Counted from the stretch's first letter, positions 24,163-35,322 are shown. The stretch: 64,000 bases of DNA from Tubulanus polymorphus (GCF_964204645.1 NC_134032.1:6002275-6066274), one strand, 5' to 3'. The notes: generated by a model from the sequence alone, not told the origin. Translations and numbers: made by a program.

Positions 24163-25373
24163 ATGGATGAAGGTAAGTTATATGAAAGAATAAATGCTGA
24201 TAAAGAAATCAATGATGATTTGTATTATGTAATACCTTATAAAAGAATAAATGAATATATTGGAACATTTTTATTAAATGAATTAAATCAATACAAAGAA
24301 TATCTAATTGAACGTAATAATGATATAAAAAAAAGATAATATAGGTAATGATAATATAGATATTATACCTTCTACATCTAATAATAAGAATATTGAAACT
24401 AAAAAAAGATGATAATATTGAAACAAAAATAGAAAATAATGTTGAACCTAAAATAGAAGATAATATTGAATCTAAAATAGAAGATAATATTGAAACAAAA
24501 AAAGAAGGTAATGTTATACCTTCTAAATTGAATGATGATAAGATTGAACCTGATATTAAAACCAAAAAGACAAATGAAAAATATTGTGACGTATGTAAGA
24601 AATATATATCACATAAAAATTGGGCAACTCATAAGAAATCAAAGAAACATGTAGAAAAAGAAAAGAATAATAATATCATAGATAAAGTTAATACAATTGA
24701 AACTAATGATACCATAGATAATATAACAGATAATGTTGATACAATTGAAAATAATGATAATGAAACAATTGATGATTCTAAAAAACATTATAATGTTTGT
24801 AATTTAGATATTTCTAAAAGTAATTTTTCTAAGCATAAAAAATCTCAGGGACATATAGAAAATGAAAGGGAGTTAGAAGAACATGAAAAGAAATTGGAAA
24901 GAAATAAAACGTGTCAATATTTTAATAAGAGAATTGAACCTGTTGATGAAAATACTCATTATAAATCAAAATTACATCTAATTAATGTTTATAAAAATGA
25001 AAGTATGATACCATTGTTAAATAACCCAATGAAATGTATCAAATATTTTGATCCTAAAACTAAACAATATTATATATTCTATAAGTTGTTATTTGAAAAA
25101 TTATTAGCTTATGCAGAAGATAATCCTAAACAAATATATAAATTATCATATTCGAGAAAAATAGATTTAAGTTATCTAACAAAAAATTTTGGATATCATT
25201 TTGATTTCTATTTTGATGAATACTTTGAAAAATTAAGAAAAGAAGGTAAGATACATACTAATTATTATTATTTGATGGCTCAACTGAAATTAATAAATCT
25301 ACCTAAGCATTATTATGGATAAGATATAAACCAAGATGACTTTATAAACTTACTAGAAACAAAATTAGAATAA
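24163..25373 (+). pseudogene. protein with 8-aa repeats and three U1/matrin-type C2H2 zinc fingers
   Basis: IETKIENN/VEPKIEDN/IESKIEDN repeats; CDVCKKYISHKNWATHKKSKKH and two degenerate copies; ORF 24393-25322 with frameshifted N-terminus. Confidence 0.7.
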
Positions 25374-25385
25374 AAATTGTTAATA

Positions 25386-25888
25386 ATAACTATTTATATA
25401 TCTATGTAGTAGACGTACGTAAGAATCCAAGAATCCAAGAAAGTAAGAAAGTACTCATACGTCTAGTACATACATATATAAATTAGTTTTCTTAAAAATT
25501 AAAAATATAAATTATTAATTGAAGTATAGAAATAGTTATAACATAATCTATTTTTATTTTATTGAGTGAAAACATATAATTTATTCATTTTTATATACTT
25601 CATTTAATAATTGATATTTGTAATTATCATAAATATAAATTATATATATAAATAATTTATATAATTTATATATTTGTACCCCTGTGTAAACATAAATTAT
25701 AAACATAGTTTTAATATATAATTTATTCATTATTATATATTTCATTTAATAATTTTTAAAAAACTAATTTATATATCTATATACTAGACGTATGAGTAAG
25801 AATCCAAGAATTCTTACTTTCTTACTTTCTTAGCAAGAATCTTGGTTTCTTACTCATACGTCTAGTACTTAGATATTTAAATAGTTAT
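25386..25888. repeat. large inverted repeat whose two arms are each hairpins, at the meeting point of convergent gene blocks
   Basis: 28-bp stem TACTAGACGTATGAGTAAGAATCCAAGA (25782) / TCTTGGTTTCTTACTCATACGTCTAGTA (to 25867), 1 mismatch; degenerate inverted copy at 25386-25500. Confidence 0.85.
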
Positions 25889-26496
25889 TTTATAAATTTA
25901 TATTCATAAGGAAATTGAAGCCTCAGTAATAATTTTGAGCCTTTATTACTTTTTAATGTATTCATATATTCATCATGTAATTCAGTAGGTATAATTTGAT
26001 TTTCTTCCAGAGATTGTTGCATAGATTTTCCATCTTTATTGTAGAATAAAACTAAAAATCTAATGTTTTCTCTAAAGGGTTTAACAATTGAATTATATTT
26101 TTGATTTAAAACCCATGTTGTTATCCCAAAATGTCTACCAGAGAAAGCTAAATAACATAACTCACTTTCTCTAACTTTTGAATCATGTAAATTAGCACAA
26201 TCATCTATAATGAATAATGTATTTGATACTTTATAAATATCTAATGCTATTTTAATACAATTATCTAAATTTTCTTTTACTGTTTTAGGATCTAATATAA
26301 TAAACTTTTTTATCTTAACTATATCTCTATTATATGTTTTATTCATTTCATACGTGGGGCAGAATAATATTATATTATCAAAATGATTCTAATAAATAGT
26401 TTCTAACAAATCTAGTATGAAATGTGTTTTACCACAATTTGTTACTCCAGTAACTAACATATTATGTGGTTCAAATATAAATAAATCTTTATTCAT
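25885..26496 (-). pseudogene. A32/FtsK-like genome packaging ATPase (one in-frame stop)
   Basis: MLVTGVTNCGKT (Walker A), LFIIDDCA (Walker B), SGRH..LNQ. Confidence 0.92.
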
Positions 26497-26497
26497 T

Positions 26498-27527
26498 TAT
26501 TCTTTTAATTTTACTAAATTAAATTTATCATCATACCCTTTATATTTCACTAAAGAATACTTTTTTCCTTTAAGAGTTTTTGTTTTTATTACCTTTTTTG
26601 TATCCTAATTCATCTGGATTTGGTACAAGTGATAATTCTTGTTCATAAAAATAACCTAATATTTCTTCATCTTTTAAATTTTCTAATTTATAAACAAATG
26701 GTTTAGTTAATATTATCTTTTTGATCTTGAATATTTCTTCGGTAAAATTTGGAGGTATAACCTTTATAAAATGTTTTTCGATATTTAGATATTCTAACAT
26801 GTTGTCCAATTTTAAATTTAGGTTCACCGAAATCATGTGTAACAAATGCGTTATATAAATTATTCCAAACTATTTCTGAATTATCTTCTTTTCTTGCTTG
26901 TATAAGTTTCATACCAATACTTGAATGTTTAGAATTATTATAACCTTTAACTAAATCATCTAATACATCGATATATTTATATGTTTCATTTGCTGTAAAA
27001 TATTTCCACATTCTAGTTTTCAATGTTTTATTAAATCTTTCTATAATGGATGCTTTTTTTATCTGAGTGCATTGAAGAATACTCTACATCGTTTTCAGAT
27101 AATAGTTTTTTAAAATGTTTATTATAGAATTCCTTACCTTCATAAAATTGTATCTTACCTGGAATAGCTTCTTTAAATATTGATTTAAAGGTATTAGTAA
27201 CTTCTATACCAGTTTTATTTTTTGATTGGTATACTCCATGCTTATCTACTGAATATATCTATAACATATATATCTATTCATGTTTATTAAATCTGCTTGC
27301 CATTGTTGATCAATATATGAAACCATAACTTTTCTTGTTAAATAATTCTTATCCATTTTCTTATGGATTTGATATGTCGGTTGATTTTGCAACCACAATT
27401 TTGATTCACTATATTTTATATTTTCTTTATCAGATTTAATTTTATCCCATAATTCTGAAATACTAGAATATGATACTTCACTCTCTGGGTTATAATATAA
27501 ATCTCTTAAATATTGTTCTTTGTTCAT
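26498..27527 (-). pseudogene. int: retroviral-type (rve) integrase with C-terminal chromodomain-like region
   Basis: LYYNP..WLQNQPTYQIH; QWQADL; GKEFYN; ASIIERFNKTLK; YNNSKHSSIGM; FKIGQHVRI; FYEQEL; LVKYKGY. Confidence 0.93.
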
Positions 27528-27606
27528 CTTCTTTTAATCCATTAATAATAATCTTGGTTTATTTTCAATGGTTTTATCATTTGACTTATTTTCTGGTATA
27601 ATAGGT

Positions 27607-27897
27607 TTAATCATCGGAATCATTATTATTAGATTTGGATTTATATTTATTTATTACGCCAGAAAATATAATAACTGTTACTAATCCAATTGTAATATAT
27701 AATTTACTATTACTTCCAGCATTAGAAGAATCAGATGGATTATCATTCGAATTAATAACAGATAATTTCTGTGGTTCATTTACATCAGTTAATTTCTTTT
27801 TCTTAGCTCTTTTTAACTCTGAAGATCTTTTACCGAATTCCCTTGCCCATTTAATTTGTTTTTCAGATCTAGGCTTCTTCTTAACATCATCACTCAT
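27607..27897 (-). CDS. small basic protein with one TM segment
   Basis: KKKPRSEKQIKWAREFGKRS..LYITIGLVTVIIFSGVI; ATAAATG start. Confidence 0.55.
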   Translation of the reverse strand: MSDDVKKKPRSEKQIKWAREFGKRSSELKRAKKKKLTDVNEPQKLSVINSNDNPSDSSNAGSNSKLYITIGLVTVIIFSGVINKYKSKSNNNDSDD

Positions 27898-27904
27898 TTA
27901 TTTT

Positions 27905-28458
27905 AGTTAATTTTTGTTCTGATTCAATATCTTCTGATTTATTTTTATCTTTGTATTCTATAGGTTTGATACTAGAAAATGTTATAACTCCAGTGGAAAT
28001 CAATGTCATTATTCCTCCTAATTGGAATGAAGCGTATCCAACCTATTTTTGAAGTTCTGTCATAACTAAATAATCATTTTTTAAATCACTATATAATTTA
28101 TTTTCATCATCAATTGGTATAATCCGGTTACATAACTTAGAGTAATATTTAACTATTCCATCACTAATAGAGTCATTTATTCTAGCTAATCTAGCTTCTT
28201 CATATATTTTGAAATGTTTGATTACTTTATCTGGTTTCATGGCATCTAGTTCTTGAAAAGTTAAAATTTTTCCGATAAACATTTACCACTAGCAATTAAT
28301 AATTCTAGATGGTGCTTACATGTTAAATAGTATTCAAAATCAATATTATTATCAACTTGAGCACAATTAGAAACAACTGTATCTTTATTATCTGTAATAT
28401 CTAAATCCTCAATTGTCTTTTCAATATCGGTATTATTCTTATTAGATTTCTTTGACAT
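27905..28458 (-). pseudogene. hypothetical Polinton protein with C-terminal hydrophobic segment
   Basis: ORFs 28458-28261 and 28282-28043 overlap across a frameshift and continue past a stop. Confidence 0.55.
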
Positions 28459-29227
28459 TTATATTAAAAAAAGCGCAAAGAAATATTATAAGTATTCTTC
28501 AGATGATACTAATAACTCTTTGGGTTAATACTAGTGTCTCTTTGGGTTAATACTAGCTATTTGAAGTCATTGTTTTTTAGTATTTTTTATTTGTGATATA
28601 AAGTATTCTCTTTTTGAAAAGAAATGCAAAAGAAAATATAAAAAATATAATAGAATTCACTATCTATTTGAAGATATGTAATTTTTATTTAAATCTTATC
28701 AAAATCTATTCAATCTTGTGCCAATTAGAATTGCCAAAAGAAAATATTAAAAATATAATAGAATTCACTGGCTAGTTGAAGTAATTGTTTTTTTAAATAC
28801 TTCTTATTTAAATTAGGATTCAATATCTCATTACAATTGTCTATCTATTAGGAGCAATTTAATTGTCCAGATATTTCGGATCCTCGATAAAAAATCCTCA
28901 ACTGAAAATCAATTCAACGAAAACACCGGGTGGAAATACTATTTCATAAACACATATATTTATTATGCAAATTTTAGCGATCGAAGATAGAACAATGAAA
29001 AGCGGTCCTAGAAGACCGCTTTTGCTTCTGCGCATGCGCCAATTATATAATTTATTCCGTAAACTACAACATTCAAACATAGAACAGTAACCAATCAATA
29101 CAGAACAGCCGTCGCCATCAACAACGACCGAACGACTAATGCATAACAATACAATATTAAAGCAGATATACACAATCAAGAATACACTTTTTGATATCTA
29201 TATTACAAAGATCTTCAGCGTTATAAT

Positions 29228-29974
29228 TTATAATTTCGTCCAGAAATCTTTAATTACTAAATCGTTTTCAATCATTTCTTCAATTTCTGGTAAATAGTTG
29301 ACAACTTCACTAAATGTTAAACTTAATGATTGGAATTTTTCATATTCTATCAATCTTCCCTCTCTTCTCAGTTTTCTTTCCTAACCGGTGCTGATTTCTA
29401 TGTTCTTTTTTACCCAAGCCCCCCAAGAAATCCCCTCAGTTTTTTTGTCGAACATGTTAAACCCTATAATCAAATAACTCCCGAAAATGATGTGATCCCA
29501 TAAGTGATTTGCTTTTCTTTTTAATATTGTCTTATAACTTATTTTTAATATATTAGTAATTTTTTCAAATGAAATAACTTCACCAATTTGTATTTCTGGA
29601 AAGTTTAAATGTTCTGTTTCAATAATTAATTTTGATTTTAAAAACTTATTCAACTCTTCTCCACTCATTTTCAATTTCTCGAGTCCCGACAGCAATTCAG
29701 ATTCCTTGAGTCCCAACAACAATTTCAGGTTTGTTGTTGGTAATTTTGGTAATTGTGGTTCGCGTGGTAATTGTTTATTATGAATTATGTCACCCAACAT
29801 TTTCGTCATTTCTTTATGATAATCCAAATGTTTTTATAATTTGTTTAAAGTTTGATTGTCAATAACTTGAGTTCCTTCCTCCATTTCTGTTGAATCCTGT
29901 GAATAACTATCCATCGGCATTGGTTCCTCTTCCGATGGTTGCCTTGGAATTTCTGGTCGATCTCTGTATTCCAT
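29228..29974 (-). pseudogene. ~248-aa helical, possibly DNA-binding protein (two in-frame stops)
   Basis: MEYRDRPEIPRQP..in frame with ORF 29827-29381..GISWGAWVKKNIEISTG*ERKLRR..IKDFWTKL. Confidence 0.65.
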
Positions 29975-29980
29975 TTTAAT

Positions 29981-30213
29981 CTAAAAGATGTCGTGAAAAT
30001 GAATACCTTTACTTAAATATGTTTAAAGGTTTCCCTACTTCATAATAACTACAAAAAACGGTACTTACATTTCGATTTAGAACTGTTAACTGTGTTTTGA
30101 GAGAGAATATCCAATACGTCCTGCATGCGCGATCGAGGATGATGTAATGTATGTCTCAATACGTCAAGGCACTGTCTGGCACCATGGAAACGCTTGATAG
30201 CTGCTCTTTTATA
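29981..30213 (-). promoter_or_regulatory. putative Pol II promoter and 88-nt 5'UTR intron
   Basis: minus strand TATAAAAG (30213-30206), donor GTAAGT (30068), acceptor CATCTTTTAG (to 29981), 6 nt before ATG 29974. Confidence 0.55.
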
Positions 30214-30382
30214 GGCTTAATGAGATTAATTAATTCTTTACAATTTAAATGTAACAGAAGTTTACTAAAACACCCGATAATACTCAACCAGCAATATAGT
30301 TGAGTATTATAAGCGCTTATAAAGATTCAGTATGTGGGCAATTCTGCGAACTACTATTCCATAATTCAACAAATGTCTTTGT

Positions 30383-30958
30383 TTAATCTAATTGCTCCAA
30401 ATATAACTGAAAATCTAGTTTGTTCGTTTTAATTTTATTTTCCTTCTTTTCAAGAGGCCTTAAATTTCTCCAATTCCATACCAATTTCTTATTGCGTTCA
30501 TCATTCATGTTAAATTTAGAAATCGGCAACACATGATCAATATGAAAGTATTCGTCATAATTATTTATATTCATTTCACCTTTAAACTGATTTATAATCC
30601 ATGATTTTAAGAATTCATCTGTACAACCCAACAAATTAGATAGTGTGTATGAGTGTTTGTCTTTACTGAATAATTGTGATAATCTAATTCTTAAACATTG
30701 TTTCAATTTAAAATTAAAATCTGTATGCTATTTTTCTTTATAATAATTTCTATTATACACTTTAATATGTTCTAAATGATTTTCTTTCCACTGCTTATGT
30801 TTATCTTTGCGTGTTTCAGTATTATTTCTATAATTTTGTTTGTCACTTAGTTTACTACAAGTTTTAAAATAACTTTGCTTACCATCTTTCTGAGTTTTAT
30901 GATTATAATAATCTGTAAATGCCTTATTCAATTCACATTTTGAACATTTCTTGTAGTA
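30383..30958 (-). pseudogene. HNH-type endonuclease with N-terminal Cys motif
   Basis: KKCSKC..KDGKQSYFKTC; LGCTDEFLKSWIINQF..MNINNY..FHIDHVLPISKF..NWRNLRPLEKKENKIKTNK. Confidence 0.8.
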
Positions 30959-30973
30959 TATATTTAGAGAATA

Positions 30974-31007
30974 TATTTTTCACTTTTATGAACTCGACCT
31001 CTCGACC
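30974..31007. repeat. truncated right terminal inverted repeat of the Polinton
   Basis: TATTTTTCACTTTTATGAACTCGACCTCTCGACC is the reverse complement of 3615-3648 with 1 mismatch. Confidence 0.85.
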
Positions 31008-32153
31008 AGAGGGCTATTAAGAACGGACACCTTGCACCCAGGGTCGGTACCGTAGCGGTCTTATACTCCATGGTTTGTGCTAGGAAAGTCAGTGGGAGTC
31101 TTTAAATTTGAAAAGTTGACAGACAATATCCTTGAATGCCTTAAATTTTCACAGTTGAACCGAAATTATCGCCGAGTTGTATGGCAGTTTGGCGTGCTTT
31201 TGTTCATTCACTGCAGACGTATTGCGTAGCAACAGTCGGCGCCTGTGGATTCCTCATTAACGGAGTTAATGCATCGCAACAATCAGAGCTGCGCGCACCT
31301 GCTACGGAGTCCCGTCGATAGACTGTTTAGTAACACATTTTCCTTTCCAAACATGTATAATTCTAAATCCATATTGTATGAAAATAGAAATATTAATTTG
31401 AAAATATTTTGCATTCTAAAATTTTTGGTGCAATAGTTATTTGCATGAAAAAACACCGAACAGGTGAACTAGGATATAATCGTCATTCTTAATCACGATG
31501 CGGCTTATCCGTAGCGATCCCGTCTTTGCATGGGCATCGTGTGGGAGAATGAGCAATGTGACTGCATGTCGTCATGACGCTCTAATTTCCGCCTCCGGCT
31601 GTGGCAGTGGCAGCGGCAGCGGCGGTCTGTATACGGGTCAATTCAGAAAAAGTGGCAAGATCTATGTGATTGAATTTGCTCCGTGACCAGGCCTACACTA
31701 AATTTGAAAATCTATATTAATGGAAACCTCAATGTTGTAGATAATTTGATAATGTATTATAACCAGTTAAATAATATTTGGAGAGGCATATTTAGGGAAA
31801 ACAATTATCCGAAACCACTAACCCTCTTAAAAATATTCATGTAATGGGCTGAGTTACATAGGTTTATGGGCTGATAATTTTACATAGAAGATCAATTTTG
31901 GTATTATTCCATGAAGTTGGTTTTATAATGATTAATACTTTTTAACTTTAATATTTTAAGATTAATATTTTATGATACCTAAATCACTTTTTGAGAAATA
32001 TTTACATTTATCATTGTAATGCGTTTATTTGTTAATTCTGCAACAGTCCCCTTTTTGTCCACTACCAGCAAGTGGTGACATCTGTCCGATTAGTGAGGTC
32101 TCCAACCAAAATTGATTGCAACAATGAGATCGGTTACGTGATTCCCATTCACC

Positions 32154-32859
32154 CCAGGGAGGTAAGTTTTCTATTTGACTTAAAATAGTCCGTTTCTAGG
32201 CCGTATCACTCAGAATTGTCAATTCTCCAACGATCCTTAGTATCTTCAACTTGTCACAATTTCATGAGAAGTGGCAATGTTTTAGGTTAAATCAATGACA
32301 TGTCAATTCTGCAACATTGGTCACAATAGACTTTGTTGCAGAATTGACTCTGCGTGACAGAATTGACAAAATGTTCTTGAAAATGACAGTAATGAAGTAT
32401 CAGATCCATTATCAGTATTTCAAAATGATGTTGAGGCAATGTGTAAGATACTTTTTGCCGATTCAACAAGTTTATTCAAGTATACACAAGGGTGTTATAT
32501 GTCGTACCAGGGAGGTAAGTTTACTATTTGACTTAAAATAGTCCGTTTCTAGGCCGTATCACTCAGAATTGTCAATTCTCCAACGATCCTTAGTATCTTC
32601 AACTTGTCACAATTTCATGAGAAGTGGCAATGTTTTAGGTTAAATCAATGACATGTCAATTCTGCAACATTGGTCACAATAGACTTTGTTGCAGAATTGA
32701 CTCTGCGTGACAGAATTGACAAAATGTTCTTGAAAATGACAGTAATGAAGTATCAGATCCATTATCAGTATTTCAAAATGATGTTGAGGCAATGTGTAAG
32801 ATACTTTTTGCCGATTCAACAAGTTTTTTCAAGTATACACAAGGGTGTTATATGTCGTA
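32154..32859. repeat. 353-bp tandem duplication
   Basis: 32154-32506 repeated at 32507-32859 with ~2-3 differences. Confidence 0.95.
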
Positions 32860-35030
32860 CGTACGCCATCCATTTTTGTTTTTTTTAACTATAGAATGGC
32901 ACCTCCACTGTCAATGAAAGAACGATCGAAAAGACATTTTCAAAAACTAAAATAGGATCCAGCTTAGTATGAAGAAAAAAAAGCGGACAAATTGCGAGCG
33001 GTATTATAAACGGAAAACCTGAGGTGAAATCAAGCTCATCGATCATCTATCAGACCGTGAAAAAAGAACTAAGCGTAAACACTGGATCTTTAGTATCAGA
33101 AGTGCGTTTAGAGGAATACGCTCTTTACGACAGAATGTCTCGGAAAAAGATGTTATAATCCATATGGATTTTAGTGAAAACTGGACTTGCAAGTATTACT
33201 CAGAAATAACTACCGCCCATTTCGATGCATCGACGCAGCACGCATCGCTCCATGATGGAATCTACATGTCAGACGATATAGTGCCATTCTGTACAATATT
33301 GGATTTCTACACAGAATGACACCCCAGCAATTTGGGCTCACTTGGAACCGGTCTTAAACTTTATTAGGACGAAGTACCCTGGAAAAACATTGCTGCACTG
33401 TATTAGTGATTCGCCAACCTCACAGTACCATGGCAGGAAAACCTCTGTATGATTACCAATGTGCCATTTCCATATGGGTTCGAAAGAACTACCTGGAATT
33501 ACTTGGAAGCTGGACACGGCAAAGGAGCTGCAGACGGAATTGGAGCCAGCGTCAAACGAACGGCGGACCGAATTGTTTCTAATGGCAAGGATCTACCCTC
33601 AGCAAAAGATCTATATGAGAATCTACCTGAAACATCAAGTATCAAATACTTCTATATGTTGATGAAAAATTGGTTAAGAAATACAAGACGCTCATTACAG
33701 ATGAGATCACTACCATACGTGGGACTATGAAAATACAACAGGTAAGCAAAATCAGAATCCTCAAAACTATTGGGTTCGAATCACTTAACATTATGATGAA
33801 TCTGTATAAACCAATCCCAGGGTCAACTCCCCATATTCAACGAAACTTTTAACCGGTTTGTTGACCGTGGTCAAGCGAGTAGCTAAAAGTTTTTTTAGAT
33901 GATACATGCTAAATGTCCAATATACATGTATATTCTAGGTATTCACATCGACCAGGGAGCAACTTCATTACAGACTAGTTAGTTGTTACTGTAAAGGCAC
34001 AACAGACTTCTGCCCATGTTTTTCGCCCAAGATCGCAAAATACCCGCTGGTGTGTGATGGAGCTTCAACAGAAGAAGAAAATCAGTTGGTACTAGTATTT
34101 TGGCAAATATTCCCATGTCACTTGTTTATCAACGAATTTATCGTAAACTGATAATACCTTAACCTTTCTCTGTTTCTGTCAATGCTTACGGAGATTGCCC
34201 AACTACGAGTACACCTGCTGTTACTGATGTGGACATTGGAAAATGGTGCATTGTATATTATGAGCATGATGACCAAGCGTATCCAGGTTTGTACTTAGTC
34301 ATGTTCATATGTTGTACATTACATGCCATGGAAACATATATTTATTTATTAATCCTTTTCAGGGATCATAAAACAGGTCAGGAGTTCGGAGTTACAAGTG
34401 AGTGCCATGCGCACCGTAGGCACTTACAAATTCCTCTGGCCAAAACGAGACAGTTTATCAAACCTGCATCAGAAAAAGGCCGACACTACTTACTTTCCAA
34501 AGAGGACTGGAATGAAACCCATATTATCAATTCTTAATGCTTGTCGTGCCGGTACGAAAAAATGTAGCTGTTTAAATATTTTGTGACCTTAAGTGGAATG
34601 AGACTTAAAGACATGGAAAAATGCATAATTTTACATGATTTTTAACTCAATTGCTAATGTTGTAAGTTAAATTTGTTATAATGAGGTTTATGTTTTGTTT
34701 TGAAGATAAATGTTATAGTGTTTAATAAAGAATTTTATATTTTAGATCAGTAATAAATGTGTTCTGAGTGAAAAGGCTGGCATTGTCATTTCTGCAACGA
34801 GAATGTCAATTCTGCAACACGCCTTCATTCAATATCATTTGATCATAATTACTTTCATTTTAATCATTTCCATCATTTTCATCATTGTGAATGAAATTGA
34901 TAACACAGTAATGTAGATTGTGTTATCTATGAAATTTAGCTCTCAATTGTTTAGGAATAAATGATTTTTCATGCTACTGATTTAACTTACAGGATCGTTG
35001 CAGAATTGACATTTTATAGTTAAAAACGTA
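32188..35030 (+). mobile_element. decayed DNA transposon, Sola2-like (ends approximate)
   Basis: subterminal inverted motif TGTCAATTCT(C/G)CAACGATCC at ~32217 and, inverted, ~34992; transposase remnant inside. Confidence 0.65.
32896..34537 (+). pseudogene. DDE transposase remnant with probable introns and an internal deletion (Sola2-type motifs)
   Basis: HMDFSENW; DTPAIWAHL; ISDSPTSQY; WNYLEAGHGKGAADGIGASVKR; IRGTMKIQQV; GKWCIVYY. Confidence 0.75.
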
Positions 35031-35322
35031 ATAATATGGAACTGGCTGCGAAATTCTCAAAATGAAAGCGATGGTAAATGTAAAATAGGCATAGTCAAAT
35101 CGACCTCACGTATCTGTTCCTGCCTACCACTGTCCGAGGCGTATCACCGTAATGCCCAGGGCAGTTGTTAAAGCAAACAGATCTGCACCAATTCAAAGAG
35201 TAGTAGAATGGACAATGTAATATGTATTCATTGATATCATTAAAAAAACGGTACCTCGAGACCACAGGACCTTTGGTCCTCTAGTTGTAGACTTCACTCA
35301 GGTCGCTTACAACAAGAACTAG

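Larger units (their letters stand above)
3581..31007. mobile_element. Polinton/Maverick-like endogenous DNA virus, pseudogenised, ~18 kb without nested insertions
   Basis: pPolB, rve integrase, A32/FtsK-like ATPase and capsid-like ORFs; inverted terminal sequence GGTCGAGAGGTCGAGTTCATAAAAATGAAAAATA (3615) matched at 30974-31007; very AT-rich, densely packed genes. Confidence 0.93.

Noticed and set aside
3575-31013. 6-bp Polinton target-site duplication
   Set aside because: Right TIR is truncated and the left junction is ambiguous (3581 vs 3588), so no TSD can be shown
32047-32161. Host exon (CAG..GTAAGT bounded, one open frame)
   Set aside because: Single short candidate with no recognisable protein or partner exons
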